From contig JAYOYH010000001.1 of assembly GCA_038153405.1 (NCBI GenBank), forward strand, positions 64,156-128,155: a stretch of DNA of 64,000 nucleotides, written 5' to 3'. Below are positions 22,240-33,044 of the stretch, piece by piece. A program made the position numbers and the translations under genes. The first letter of the stretch is position 1. Each line of letters opens with the position of its first letter. The notes beneath the pieces are model-generated. The model searched no databases. It was given only the letters and a program-made list of their open reading frames with translations, and was not told the origin of the DNA. The stretch is from Gemmatimonadota bacterium. GTDB taxonomy: Bacteria; Latescibacterota; UBA2968; UBA8231.

Positions 22240-22767
22240 GTGAGGACCGTGCGACAGCGACCCGATTGGAAAGAGTATTACATGAACATTGCCATGGCCG
22301 TGCGCGCGCGCGCCGACTGCACGGGCAATCGCGTTGGCGCCATCCTCGTGCAGAACGATCGCATTATCGCCACGGGCTATAACGGGACGCCTCACGATAT
22401 GCCCAACTGCAGCGCGGGTGGATGTCATCGCTGTGCCCATCGCGGCGCCTATGAGTCGGGCAAGGACTACGACCTGTGCATCTGCGTGCACGCCGAGCAA
22501 AATGCCCTGCTTTCGGCTGCGCGCTTTGGCATTGCCACCGAAGGGGCCGTGCTCTACTCGACGATGCAGCCGTGCTTTGGCTGCACAAAGGAAATCATCC
22601 AGGCCAAGATTCGCGGCGTCTACTATCTGCACCCGTGGACCTATCCGGACCCGCAGCGCCAGCAGAGCTACGAGGAACTACTGTCCTACGTGCCCGACGG
22701 CGTGTTGGGACTGCAGATGGAAGATCCCGATGCGGCGTGGGCCGTATCGACGCTGCGGAGGGCCTGA
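22240..22767 (+). CDS. dCMP deaminase (ComEB family)
   Basis: DWKEYYM.IA, VGAILV, IIATGYNG, VHAEQNA and PCFGC. Confidence 0.9.
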   Translation: MRTVRQRPDWKEYYMNIAMAVRARADCTGNRVGAILVQNDRIIATGYNGTPHDMPNCSAGGCHRCAHRGAYESGKDYDLCICVHAEQNALLSAARFGIATEGAVLYSTMQPCFGCTKEIIQAKIRGVYYLHPWTYPDPQRQQSYEELLSYVPDGVLGLQMEDPDAAWAVSTLRRA

Positions 22768-22897
22768 CGGAGCGCATTGAGGGGCATCAGATCAAATAGA
22801 TCTAAGTGTTTTTGCGGCGTGGAAAGGCGTATAGGAATCTTGGGCAGTATCACCTTTCCCCCTATACTTTCCCCCTCATTGCCACGGGGAGGTCGTT

Positions 22898-24406
22898 TTG
22901 CTGCACGCGTGCGATAGGCGGTCTAGGTGGAGATGGTCCGTCGTCGGTTTACTGATTCAACTTTCGGTATACGGGGCGTGGCCCGTCGATGTGATAGTCA
23001 CCCCGGTGAAGCCGCAGGTCGATGGGGTGTTAAACGAGTGGGGTGCGGCTCGGGCCATCGATATTTCGCCCGCAGGACAGGGCGTCGGTCTGCGCGGGGC
23101 CTTTAACGGCATTGGAGACCACTGGGCATCGGTGCTCTTGATGTGGGATGCCGATTCGCTCTACATCGCCGCCTCGGTGATAGACGATGTGCTCGATCGC
23201 CAGCCCATTGCGGCAGGGGACAACGCGTGGAATGGGCCGGGCGGCGAGCGCAAAGACAAGATGTTCTACTACGACCATCTGAAGGTCTTTCTGCGCGGGC
23301 CCGAGCAGCCGCTGGGTTTTACTATATGGCTTGCACCCAATCAGGCGGATGGCCCGGTACATGCCTGGGGCGGCCAGCAGCGCGGCGCTCCTAGCGCAGA
23401 CCTGCCCCTGCATTTGGCTTCGCTATCGCACGGCGATATCTACAGCTACGAAATGGCCCTGCCCTGGGACTGGCTGCGCATTGTGCCGCGCCCGGACATG
23501 GAGTTAGATGCCCTGTTTTTATTGCCCGATTCGGATGTGCCCGACCTCGAGTTGCGCAAAAAAGTAGCGGACAACAATAAGTGGATCTGGTGGCAGGGCA
23601 AGGTCGTCCTGCGCGGTAAGCCGCCTGGGCTGCGCGAGGTGCCCGAGTCGGATACCGTCGCAGAAATCGCCCAGCAACAGAGCGAAATCGTCGTGCCCAA
23701 GATCGTCGCGCCACCGCGCGAGGAGGTCGAACCCGCGGAAGGGGCCGATGGTCAGGAGGCCGTTGCTGGCAGGGCCGAAGCGTCAAGTGGCCGTTTGCAG
23801 TCCCCGTCGTCCGATATGGCCGATTCCGCAGCGCAATCGCAGGAGGCGGCCGTCGAAGAACAAGCGGTCGCCGTCGCGCCGCCCATCGCCGAACTGCGCG
23901 CCCGCTTGAGTCGCAACTTGCTCGGTCGCTCGGCTGTGAGTTCGGCTCCGGCCTGGGTAGTAGAGGTTGCCGGAAACGAGTTAAAACCGGTCCAGATCGA
24001 TTCGCTCTACTTTCGCTTTGGCCAGACTGTCGAGCGCATATCGCGCGACAATATCAGCAGTCGCAGCGACGGGCTGATTATGGATATGGCCGAGTACGCC
24101 GGCGTTTGGCGCGCTCAGGCGCGCTCGTTTGTCAGGGGCATTCTCGGCGCGGTGCTGGCAGATGTCGAGAGCGAGGGCACGCAAACGCGCGAGGGTATTG
24201 CGCGCGCTGCGGCGCAGACCGATCTGGATGAGGAGCGCGTGCGCGCATTCTTGCGCCACCTGTGCCGCGAGGCACTGAGCGTCTACGAGAAAAACAAAGT
24301 AGCTGCGACGGGTGACTTAGTGGAGAAAGCGCGGCGCAAGGCCGACATCGCGCCGGCAAATATACAGCCCTTGCTGGAAGCGCTGGTCGAGCAGTGGCGG
24401 CACTAG
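22898..24406 (+). CDS. Hypothetical exported protein with CBM9/DOMON-like sugar-binding N-terminal domain, low-complexity linker and helical C-terminal domain
   Basis: PQVDGVLNEW, MWDADSLYIAASVIDD and YEMALPW pattern; start uncertain. Confidence 0.55.
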   Translation: MLHACDRRSRWRWSVVGLLIQLSVYGAWPVDVIVTPVKPQVDGVLNEWGAARAIDISPAGQGVGLRGAFNGIGDHWASVLLMWDADSLYIAASVIDDVLDRQPIAAGDNAWNGPGGERKDKMFYYDHLKVFLRGPEQPLGFTIWLAPNQADGPVHAWGGQQRGAPSADLPLHLASLSHGDIYSYEMALPWDWLRIVPRPDMELDALFLLPDSDVPDLELRKKVADNNKWIWWQGKVVLRGKPPGLREVPESDTVAEIAQQQSEIVVPKIVAPPREEVEPAEGADGQEAVAGRAEASSGRLQSPSSDMADSAAQSQEAAVEEQAVAVAPPIAELRARLSRNLLGRSAVSSAPAWVVEVAGNELKPVQIDSLYFRFGQTVERISRDNISSRSDGLIMDMAEYAGVWRAQARSFVRGILGAVLADVESEGTQTREGIARAAAQTDLDEERVRAFLRHLCREALSVYEKNKVAATGDLVEKARRKADIAPANIQPLLEALVEQWRH

Positions 24407-24455
24407 GCGCGTCCGCCTTATTTTCCTGCGCAACGCGCAGGGGATTACATCCAAC

Positions 24456-24479
24456 GCCGCCCGCCTGTGGCGGCTTTTT
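24456..24479 (+). terminator. Possible intrinsic terminator
   Basis: GCCGCC-N7-GGCGGC-TTTTT. Confidence 0.45.
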
Positions 24480-24502
24480 CGTTTGTCGGAGAGAAGGGAA
24501 GC

Positions 24503-25549
24503 ATGCCCACGTTTAGCAGTGAGTATCTACGGCGCTGTGCGGCAGCCATTTTTACAGCGGCCGGCGCGCCGTCGGCGCGCGCCGACCAGGTGTCCGAACT
24601 ACTGGTTGCGTCTAACTTAGTCGGCCACGATTCGCACGGCATCATACGCGTGCCCCAGTATGTGGCCACCATCGAGCGCGGCGATATCGACCCCCATGCC
24701 GAGATCGCCATTGAATCGGAGACGGACGCTTCGGCCGTGCTCGACGCCAACTGGGGGTTTGGTCAAGTTGCCATGAGCCAGGCGGCCGCTATGGCGGTTG
24801 AAAAAGCTTCGCGCTGCGGGGTCGCTGCACTCACCGTGCGCAACGCCAACCACATCGGCCGCTTGGGTAGCTACGTGGAGGATATTGCACGGCAGGGCAT
24901 GGTGGCACTGCTCTTTGCCAATATGCACGGCGGAGGGGCCTGCGTCGTGCCGTGGGGGGGACGCGAGAGCCGCCTGGGTACCAATCCACTGGCGGCGGGC
25001 CTGCCGCGCCCAGACGGTGACCCGATTGTGTTGGACATGACGACGAGCGTTGTGGCCGAGGGCAAGGTGAGGGTCCAGCGCAACCGCGACGAGCCCGTTC
25101 CCGAAGGCTGGATTATCGACGCGCAGGGCCAGCCGTCGACCGACCCGGCCGCGTTCTACGGCCCACCGCGCGGCGGCATTCTGCCCTTTGGCGGTGCGGT
25201 TGGTCACAAGGGGTATGGACTCGGTGTAATCGTCGAAATCCTCGGCGGCGCTCTGAGTGCGGCCGGCTGTGCGGGCACCGGTTCGCGCAACGGCAACGGC
25301 GTGCTGCTGCTGGTCGTCGATATCGAGCGCTTTGTGCCCATGGACGACTACCTGAGCGAAGTCGGCCAGCTGGTCGAGTTTATTAAATCGTCGCCTCTGG
25401 CCCCCGGCTTTAGCGAGATTCTCGTGCCCGGCGAAATTGAATCGCGCCAGCGCGCCCTGCGCATTGACGGCATCGACGTAGATGAGCAAACCTGGTCGGA
25501 GATCGTCGAATGCGCTCGGCGGTTGGGCGCACCGCTGCCGGCAACGTGA
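24503..25549 (+). CDS. Ldh_2 family (type 2 malate/L-lactate-like) oxidoreductase
   Basis: GHDSHG, GFGQV, NHIGRLG, LGTNP, LDMTTS, GHKGYGL and VPGE. Confidence 0.88.
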   Translation: MPTFSSEYLRRCAAAIFTAAGAPSARADQVSELLVASNLVGHDSHGIIRVPQYVATIERGDIDPHAEIAIESETDASAVLDANWGFGQVAMSQAAAMAVEKASRCGVAALTVRNANHIGRLGSYVEDIARQGMVALLFANMHGGGACVVPWGGRESRLGTNPLAAGLPRPDGDPIVLDMTTSVVAEGKVRVQRNRDEPVPEGWIIDAQGQPSTDPAAFYGPPRGGILPFGGAVGHKGYGLGVIVEILGGALSAAGCAGTGSRNGNGVLLLVVDIERFVPMDDYLSEVGQLVEFIKSSPLAPGFSEILVPGEIESRQRALRIDGIDVDEQTWSEIVECARRLGAPLPAT

Positions 25550-26637
25550 GCGGCGTCGCTGGGGCGGTGGCCTTACTGCAGGAGGGAGTAGACGAGGGCT
25601 TGCATCCCGGCGGCCAACTCTACGTGCAGCGAGCGGGTGCCGTCATCGCCGATCTGGCCGTGGGCGACGTAGGCGTGGACTCGCTGGTGCACTGGTTCTC
25701 CGCGACAAAGCCCTTGGCCGCGGTGGCCATCGCCCAGCTGTGGGAGCGCGGGGCGTTGGGTATCGATGACTGCGTGCACCTTTACATACCTGAATTTGCC
25801 GCACGCGACAAAGGGGATATTACGCTGCGCCACCTGCTCACCCACACTGGTGGGTTTCGCTCGCGCATTGATCTCGAGTTGGGCGACCTTTCTTGGGAAG
25901 ACGCTGTGGCGGGGGTGTGCGATGCCCGCAAGGAGCGCGGCTGGCCGCTGGGGCGCAAAGCCGGTTATCACATCGCCTCCTCCTGGTATGCGCTGGCCGA
26001 AGTCGTCCGGCGCATCGACGGTCGGCCGTTTGACTGCTACGTGAGCGAGGAAATTTTTCAACCGCTGGGCATGGACGATTGCTGGGTCGCTATGCCGGAA
26101 GAACGCTATCGCGCCTATGGGGCGCGCATGGCGGCGGTCTATGTCACCGCGCGCGGCGCGCGGCAGACAGGGGTATGGCATGTGGGTGCAGCGGCGGCTT
26201 CGCGCTGCGTGCCCGGTGCCAGCGGGCGAGGGCCGGCGCGCCAGTTGGCCCGACTGTACGCCGCGCTGCTTGCGGGCGGTGCGCTCGACGGTCAGCGCAT
26301 TCTTTCCGCACAGGCCGTCGAGGCGCTGGTGGCGCGTCAGCGCACGGGTCTATACGATCATACGTTTAAACATACGATGGACTGGGGGCTGGGGTTTGTT
26401 ATCAACTCGGCGATGTATGGGGTCGAAACCGTGCCCTACGGCTACGGGCGCCACGCCGGGTGGCGCACTTTCGGTCACAGCGGCCAGCAAACGGCCGTCG
26501 CCTTTGCCGATCCCGAAGCGGACCTGGTCGTCGCTCTGATCGTCAACGGCATGCCCGGCGCAGAAAAACACCACAAGCGCTTTATCGATATGCTCAGCGC
26601 GCTCTACGAAGATATGGGACTTGTGCCAGACGGATGA
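25546..26637 (+). CDS. Serine hydrolase, beta-lactamase class C/esterase family
   Basis: FSATKP (SxxK), LLTHTGG, GYH and FGHSG; GTG start overlapping the upstream TGA. Confidence 0.85.
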   Translation: MSGVAGAVALLQEGVDEGLHPGGQLYVQRAGAVIADLAVGDVGVDSLVHWFSATKPLAAVAIAQLWERGALGIDDCVHLYIPEFAARDKGDITLRHLLTHTGGFRSRIDLELGDLSWEDAVAGVCDARKERGWPLGRKAGYHIASSWYALAEVVRRIDGRPFDCYVSEEIFQPLGMDDCWVAMPEERYRAYGARMAAVYVTARGARQTGVWHVGAAAASRCVPGASGRGPARQLARLYAALLAGGALDGQRILSAQAVEALVARQRTGLYDHTFKHTMDWGLGFVINSAMYGVETVPYGYGRHAGWRTFGHSGQQTAVAFADPEADLVVALIVNGMPGAEKHHKRFIDMLSALYEDMGLVPDG

Positions 26638-26784
26638 GTTCAGCACGCGCCGGACCCACCGCTTTTGCCGGGTGGATGTGGAGGGGGTAGATCGTCTTCG
26701 CCCGGCGCAATCTTTGTAGCCAACCGCCCTTTTCCCTACATTCCCCAACGGATTTTCCTACGTCGAAGGCCAGAAAGGAGCGAC

Positions 26785-28419
26785 ATGAACGCGGCGGATC
26801 TCTTTGTCAAAGCGCTGGAAGCAGAAGGGGTAGAATACGTCTTTGGCATTCCCGGCGAAGAAAACTTAGATCTGTTAGAAGCGCTGCGTCACTCGCAGCA
26901 GATTCGACTCGTTCTGACGCGCCACGAGCAGGCCGCCGGCTTTATGGCTGCTACCTACGGCCGTCTTACCGGTAAGACCGGCGTGTGCATGGCGACGCTG
27001 GGACCGGGTGCTACCAACTTTGTCACGGCGGCGGCCTACGCGCAGCTGGGTGCCATGCCGATGTTGATGATAACCGGACAAAAACCCATCAAATCGAGCA
27101 AGCAGGGCCAGTTTCAAATCGTCGACGTAGTCGAAATGATGCGCCCGCTCACCAAGTTTACCCGCCAGATCGTCAGCGGCGCCAACATCCCGTCGCGGGT
27201 GCGCGAGGCCTTTCGCCTCGCCGAAGAGGAGCGCCCGGGAGCGGTGCATCTCGAACTGCCGGAGGATATCGCGCGCGAGACGGTCGACGGGCCGCTCTTC
27301 CCGCGCGACCGCGTGCGCCGTCCTATTCCCGAGGAAAAAGCAATTGCGCACGCGGCCGCAATGATCGAGGAGGCTCGCCACCCGCTGCTGCTCATCGGCG
27401 CGGCGGCCAACCGCAAGCGCACCTCGAAGATGCTGCAGCATTTCGTGCAGGAAACGGGTATTCCCTTTTTCACCACTCAGATGGGCAAGGGGGTCATCGA
27501 CGAGCGCCACCCGCTCTTTCTCGGCAATGCCGCCCTTTCCGACAACGACCGGCTGCACTGTGCTATCGCGCGCGCCGACCTAATCATTAACGTCGGGCAC
27601 GATGTCGTTGAAAAGCCACCCTTCTTTATGGAGCGAGACGGGTTTCGCGTAATCCATATCAACTTTTCTTCGGCTTCCGTCGATCCCGTTTACTTTCCCC
27701 AGCTGGAAGTTATTGGCGATATTGGCAATAGCATATGGCAGCTCATGCTGCGCATTGATCCACAGGCGCATTGGGACTTTTCCTACTTCGAAAAAGTTAA
27801 GGCGTGGATCGACGAAGGTCGCGAATTGGGCGGCGACGATGGCTCCTTTCCCATACTGCCGCAGCGCCTAGTCGCCGACGTGCGTCGAGCGATGCCCGAC
27901 GACGGCATCATCTGTTTGGACAACGGAGTCTACAAGATCTGGTTTGCGCTAAACTACCGGGCCCATGCTAACAACACCGTTCTGCTCGACAATGCCCTAG
28001 CGACGATGGGGGCGGGATTGCCTTCGGCGATCGCGGCCCGTCTAGTCTATCCCAATACCCGCGTTATGGCCGTCTGCGGCGATGGCGGTTTCATGATGAA
28101 CTCGCAGGAGTTGGAGACGGCTGTGCGCCTAGAGCTGGATTTGGTCGTGTTGGTACTCAACGACAATGCCTTTGGCATGATCAAATGGAAGCAGGCGGCC
28201 ATGGGATTGGACAATTGGGGCCTCGACTACGGCAACCCCGACTTTGTTAAATACGCCGAGAGCTACGGCGCCCACGGTCACCGCGTGCAGTCGGCCGCCG
28301 ACCTGCTGACGACGCTGCGTGCCTGTTTGGATCAACCCGGCGTGCACTTGGTCGAAGTGCCGATGGATTATGCGGGCAACAACAAGCTGCTCGACCGCGG
28401 CTTGATATGCCCGGAGTAG
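26785..28419 (+). CDS. Acetolactate synthase large subunit-like TPP enzyme
   Basis: FGIPGEEN, RHEQAAGFMA, TLGPGATN, LDNALATMG and GDGGFMMN; AGGAG RBS; no small-subunit gene adjacent. Confidence 0.9.
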   Translation: MNAADLFVKALEAEGVEYVFGIPGEENLDLLEALRHSQQIRLVLTRHEQAAGFMAATYGRLTGKTGVCMATLGPGATNFVTAAAYAQLGAMPMLMITGQKPIKSSKQGQFQIVDVVEMMRPLTKFTRQIVSGANIPSRVREAFRLAEEERPGAVHLELPEDIARETVDGPLFPRDRVRRPIPEEKAIAHAAAMIEEARHPLLLIGAAANRKRTSKMLQHFVQETGIPFFTTQMGKGVIDERHPLFLGNAALSDNDRLHCAIARADLIINVGHDVVEKPPFFMERDGFRVIHINFSSASVDPVYFPQLEVIGDIGNSIWQLMLRIDPQAHWDFSYFEKVKAWIDEGRELGGDDGSFPILPQRLVADVRRAMPDDGIICLDNGVYKIWFALNYRAHANNTVLLDNALATMGAGLPSAIAARLVYPNTRVMAVCGDGGFMMNSQELETAVRLELDLVVLVLNDNAFGMIKWKQAAMGLDNWGLDYGNPDFVKYAESYGAHGHRVQSAADLLTTLRACLDQPGVHLVEVPMDYAGNNKLLDRGLICPE

Positions 28420-28430
28420 AGGACGGTTCG

Positions 28431-29795
28431 ATGGGGAAACGAGCGGTGGTTATCGGAGGGGATGCCGCAGGGATGAGCGCGGCGGCGCAGATGCGACGGG
28501 CGGCGCCCCAGTTGGAGGTCATCGTCTTTGAAAAGAGCGCGCACGTTTCGTATGCGGCCTGCGGGATGCCGTATTATATCGCCGGTGATATCGCTTCACA
28601 CGAGGCGTTGTTGGCCCTCAAGCCCGAAGAGGTGGTCCAGCGCGGCATTGACGCGCGCTGCCAACACGAAGTGTGCGAAATACGACCGGGGGCACATGCG
28701 GTAATCGGGCGCACTCGCGACGGACGTTCCTTTAGCGAACACTACGACTATCTGGTGCTGGCCACGGGCGGTGCCGCGCAGCGCCCGGAGTGGGCCCGAG
28801 ACAATCTGGATGGCGTGTTTACGCTGCGCACCCTCGAGGATGGAATGGCCCTTCGCGCGTTTATTGAGGAGCGTCGTCCGCGCCGCGCCGTCGTTATTGG
28901 CACCGGCTTTATCGGGCTGGAGATGGTCGAAGCCTTTGCTCGCTGCGGTCTCGAAGTTGCGCTGATTGGGCGTTCGGCGCAGTTGTTGGGACAGTTCGAC
29001 AGCGCCTTTGCCGCGCCCGTTTTCGACGCGTTCCATCACTGCGGCGTTGCGCTCCATTTGGGTGCCGAAGTCCATGGCATAGAGGGGGCCGATGGGCGCG
29101 TGACGGGCGTCGTCAGCAATGCGGGACACCATCCAGCCGATCTCGTTCTCGTGGCGACGGGGCTGCGGCCTAGCGGCGAATTGGCACGCGCCGCTGGTGT
29201 GGGCTTGGGGGCCAGCGGTGCCATAGCCGTCGACGAGCGCATGCAAACGGACCGACCTGGCATCTGGGCGGCCGGTGACTGCATCGAGGTCAAGCACGTC
29301 GTCAGCGGAGAAAAGGTCTACGCGCCCCTGGCGCTGACGGCCAATCGCACCGGGCGCATTGCCGGCGATCAGGTTGGGGCAGCCGCGGTTGGTCGGTCTT
29401 CGCACCAGCGCTTTCGCGGCACGGCCGGCACGGCGATAACCAAGGTTTTCGACTACGCGTTAGCGCACACGGGCCTATCGCTGGCCGAAGCGCAGCGCGT
29501 CGGATTTGACGCCGTCGTATTCGAGCGTACTAGCCGTTCGCGCGCCAGCTATTATCCAGGATCTAAAGCGCTGACGATTCGCATTGTCGTCGAGCGACGC
29601 ACGCGCCGACTGCTCGGGGCGCAGTTGCTGGGTGAAGAGGGCGTCGTCGGGCGGATCGACGCGCTGGCCACGGCACTGTTTGCGCGCATGAGCGTGGACG
29701 ACGTACACCATTTGGACCTAGCCTATGCCCCGCCCTTTGGACCGGTATACGACGCGATAATCGACGTGTGTGGCCGGGCTGCCCGCGAACTCTAG
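28431..29795 (+). CDS. CoA-disulfide reductase / NADH oxidase family flavoprotein
   Basis: GGDAAGMSAA, SYAACGMPY, GTGFIGLE, AAGDC and DLAYAPPF. Confidence 0.88.
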   Translation: MGKRAVVIGGDAAGMSAAAQMRRAAPQLEVIVFEKSAHVSYAACGMPYYIAGDIASHEALLALKPEEVVQRGIDARCQHEVCEIRPGAHAVIGRTRDGRSFSEHYDYLVLATGGAAQRPEWARDNLDGVFTLRTLEDGMALRAFIEERRPRRAVVIGTGFIGLEMVEAFARCGLEVALIGRSAQLLGQFDSAFAAPVFDAFHHCGVALHLGAEVHGIEGADGRVTGVVSNAGHHPADLVLVATGLRPSGELARAAGVGLGASGAIAVDERMQTDRPGIWAAGDCIEVKHVVSGEKVYAPLALTANRTGRIAGDQVGAAAVGRSSHQRFRGTAGTAITKVFDYALAHTGLSLAEAQRVGFDAVVFERTSRSRASYYPGSKALTIRIVVERRTRRLLGAQLLGEEGVVGRIDALATALFARMSVDDVHHLDLAYAPPFGPVYDAIIDVCGRAAREL

Positions 29796-29798
29796 CGC

Positions 29799-30731
29799 AT
29801 GCAAGAGGCAACCGAGGGGCTCGTCCAGATCGCTGGCAACGCCGTGCTCGACGTGCTGATAGGCGACGCCGAAGGCGTCGCTGCAGCTAGCCATACATGG
29901 GCAGACAACGTGCAGTTGCTGCAGCGCCCAGTAGACGCGGTGCTCGGTGGCTGTGGGGCGGCCACGGCTTATGTGCTGGGTGCGCTCGGCCAGCAAGTGG
30001 TTTTGAATGCGAATATCGGCAGCGATTGCTGGGGCGATATGCTGCGCGCCTGGTTGGAGGGCGTCGAAGTCGAAGTGGGCGGGCTGCGACCGGTTGCCAC
30101 AGCAGTCCACGTCATTGCCCTCGATACGGCCGGTCGGCGGCGCTCGCACTATTACACGGGCGAGAAGGTCGACTGGCGCGCTTCATTGGAAACGGCGGTG
30201 CCGCAGATATTTTTTGCCGCTGGCTACGGAGCCGTCGACGCCGACGATATCGCCGAATTACGTACTGTTTTTTCCGCGCTGCGCAGGCGCGGCGCCGCCA
30301 TTGCTTTTGATGTGAGCCCGTGGTTTGTCGGACGCGCTGCGGCAAGCGATATGCTGGCGCTTTGGCGCGAAGTAGATTTTCTGGTGGGGACAGAGGACGA
30401 ATTGGCGGCTTGGCAAGAGGCCGATGGGGTGGAAGATCTGGCCGAGCGCGTGCTCGACAGAGGCGTCGGGTGCGTCGTCGTCAAGCGCGGTGGGCAGGGA
30501 GCCTACTACGCCGCCCGCGACGGGGTGCAGGGCCATGCTCGGATCGAGGCGATAGCTGGCGCCAATAGCGTCGGAGCCGGTGACAGCTTTAACGGCCGGC
30601 TACTCTACGGACTGTGCCAACAGGAGCCGCTAGACGTTGCCGTGCAGGCCGCGGCCGAGCTGGCTACGCGCGCCGTTGCTCGTGGACGCGGAGCGCTTGG
30701 CGCAGTGGATATTAACAGGAGGACTGCATGA
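29799..30731 (+). CDS. PfkB family carbohydrate kinase
   Basis: GGCGA, IGSD.WG, VVKRGGQGA and SVGAGDSFNG. Confidence 0.85.
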   Translation: MQEATEGLVQIAGNAVLDVLIGDAEGVAAASHTWADNVQLLQRPVDAVLGGCGAATAYVLGALGQQVVLNANIGSDCWGDMLRAWLEGVEVEVGGLRPVATAVHVIALDTAGRRRSHYYTGEKVDWRASLETAVPQIFFAAGYGAVDADDIAELRTVFSALRRRGAAIAFDVSPWFVGRAAASDMLALWREVDFLVGTEDELAAWQEADGVEDLAERVLDRGVGCVVVKRGGQGAYYAARDGVQGHARIEAIAGANSVGAGDSFNGRLLYGLCQQEPLDVAVQAAAELATRAVARGRGALGAVDINRRTA

Positions 30732-32218
30732 GAGACAAACCGAACGTGCTGGTCATTATGAGCGATCAGCAAAAGGCTACGGCCAGCCATCTCTACGGGA
30801 ATAGCTTTTGCCATACGCCGTCGATGCAGCGCTTGGCCGACGACGGCGTGCTCTACGAGAATGCCATAACGCCGCACCCTCTGTGTATGCCGGCGCGCGT
30901 TTCGTTCTGGACCTCGCAGTTTCCCCATATGCACGGCGGTAGGCGCAACGAGACGCCGATGCCGGCAGGAGCCGAACACGCGTGGAGCATATGGAAAGAG
31001 GCCGGCTATGCGACGGGGCTGATCGGCAAAAATCACTGCTTTGTGCGCGAGGAAGATCGCCAGCTATTCGACGTGTGGAACGCCTTTACCCACGGCGGTC
31101 GCCACGAAGGGCCGACGACTTGGGGCATGGAGTGGTTTCGACCAGAAGAGGGGCGGCGCCGGGTGGCCGAATGCGTGCGCGCCATGCCGTCGCAGACGCC
31201 CAGTTTTGCTTATGGGTCAAACGATCTGCCGCTCGAAGACCATTCTACTGGCCTGATCGCCGGACAGACCGTGCGCTTTTTGGAACAGTATCAGCACGAA
31301 CCCTTTGCTCTATGGGTTTCTCTGCCGGACCCGCATGAACCTTGGATGGCTCCCAGACAGTATACCTCGATGTTTTCGCGCGACAATATTGAACTTCCCC
31401 CGCAGCGCGACGACGAATTTCTCGACGGCACGGCGCCCGAGCGCAACCGCGTATTGCACAATATACTCAGTTGGCGCGAGGACGATATCGACGATGTCTA
31501 CGGCGTTATGGGGGCCTACTACGGCATGGTGCGCTTTTTAGACGACGGGCTCGGACAAATTCTCGACGCGCTGGAGCGCTTGGGGCTGCGCGACGATACG
31601 ATTGTCGTATTCTGCTCGGACCACGGCGATTTTATGGGCGAACACGGCATGACTTGCAAGGGGGGCGTATTCTACGACTGCCTGACCCGCGTCCCCCTCA
31701 TTCTCTCTTGGCCGGGGCACGTGCCCAGCGGCGCGCGCGATGCCAGCATGGTCAATCTAATCGACGTCGTGCCGACGCTGCTGGAGCTGCAGGGCTTAGA
31801 CGTGCCGCGCGCTATGTGTGGCCAAGGGCTGCCCACTGCCACGGCTGCGCCGGCGCGCGATGCGACCTTTTCTGAATACGGCAGCGGGGGGCCCGCCTTT
31901 GGGCAGGTCGACCTCGATCGCTTGCCTAAGCCCTGGGGGCGGCGCGCCCTAATTCGTTCACTGCGCTGGCGCGAAGCGGAGGGGCGGCGCAAGATGGTGC
32001 GCACGCAGCGCTGGAAATACGTGCGCGATCCCATGGGCGATCGCGACGAGTTGTACGATCTTCAGGTTGACCCGTGGGAACTCTACAACGTCGTCGATAA
32101 AGAGGAACACGCCGGCGTGCTGGGTGAAATGAGGCTGCGTCTGGCCGATTGGAGCATGGCTACGGAGGACAGTCCACCGGTGCCGCTGCCCGAAGCCGAA
32201 CACTACCAATTCGATTAG
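30728..32218 (+). CDS. Cys-type sulfatase
   Basis: PNVLVIMSDQ, LCMPAR, GKNH, PDPHEP, SDHGDFMGEHG and ELYDL..DP.E. Confidence 0.9.
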   Translation: MRDKPNVLVIMSDQQKATASHLYGNSFCHTPSMQRLADDGVLYENAITPHPLCMPARVSFWTSQFPHMHGGRRNETPMPAGAEHAWSIWKEAGYATGLIGKNHCFVREEDRQLFDVWNAFTHGGRHEGPTTWGMEWFRPEEGRRRVAECVRAMPSQTPSFAYGSNDLPLEDHSTGLIAGQTVRFLEQYQHEPFALWVSLPDPHEPWMAPRQYTSMFSRDNIELPPQRDDEFLDGTAPERNRVLHNILSWREDDIDDVYGVMGAYYGMVRFLDDGLGQILDALERLGLRDDTIVVFCSDHGDFMGEHGMTCKGGVFYDCLTRVPLILSWPGHVPSGARDASMVNLIDVVPTLLELQGLDVPRAMCGQGLPTATAAPARDATFSEYGSGGPAFGQVDLDRLPKPWGRRALIRSLRWREAEGRRKMVRTQRWKYVRDPMGDRDELYDLQVDPWELYNVVDKEEHAGVLGEMRLRLADWSMATEDSPPVPLPEAEHYQFD

Positions 32219-32265
32219 ACAACGCGCAGCGGGCGCGGCGAATATAGACAACAGCAGGAAGGTAT

Positions 32266-32858
32266 ATGAGCAATCCAATCGTCATGATTCTCGGTTGGCG
32301 CTCCGGCACGTCGAGCCTGACAAAAACGCTCTATGAGGAAGGGTTTCCCGTTACGCCGCCGTTGGACATGCGGCCGATGGAGGGCCACCAGCCGGAAGGT
32401 CATTACGAAAATCCGCAGGTCTACAAGATTAACGAAGCGCTGCTCAAGCATTTTCAAAGACGGTTTTTCAGCCGGGTCTGCTGCCCTTCGTCCAAGCCGA
32501 TGTGGTGGAAAAATGGCTGGCCGACCATCCCGAACCCATAATCATCAAAGATCCGCGCTTGGCCTTCACTTGGCCGGTGTGGACTTCGTCGACACCGCGC
32601 CCGTGCATTTTTGTGTGGACGGATCGCGAGACGACGTCACAGGTGGCCTCTATCGTGCGCTGGTACAAGGTGCCCGAGGCGGCGGCCCAGGCCTGCGTGC
32701 GCATGCACGATATCGGTGCGCGCCTAGCTTGTCAGGAATATCGCTCGCTGCAGTTGGACATGCTCGACGAGGCGCGCAACGACAAGGGAAGGGCGTTCGT
32801 CGCGCAGTTTGTCACAGCGGTGAGGGGCCCGGAGGGCACCGGCAACGTCGCTCAATAA
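32266..32858 (+). pseudogene. Sulfotransferase-family protein split by a -1 frameshift (pseudogene or sequence error)
   Basis: ILGWRSGTS and G.YE....IN..LL in ORF 32266; KDPR in ORF 32502; adding one A at CAAAG (32455-32459) would give HFQKTVFQPGLLPFVQADVVEKW. Confidence 0.65.
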
Positions 32859-32979
32859 AGCCTGCCGGCTAGTCCTATTGCCAGCGGTCAATGCGCGCCG
32901 GGCTGTAGCCTTAGTCCGCCTGCTGCATCCCCTATGGCAACTCCGTCTGTGCCGAGTCGGTCGGGGTCTGGAAAAGGGC

Positions 32980-33009
32980 TTGACATTCACGCGGCTCTGC
33001 CGGTACCTT
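32980..33009 (+). promoter_or_regulatory. Sigma70-type promoter of the thrS leader
   Basis: TTGACA-N18-TACCTT. Confidence 0.6.
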
Positions 33010-33044
33010 TACACTTAACGTTAACGCAATTCGGAGGTTTTTCG

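Noticed and set aside
32449..32470. Programmed -1 frameshift in the sulfotransferase
   Set aside because: No X XXY YYZ heptamer or clear stimulatory structure; a simple indel is more likely.
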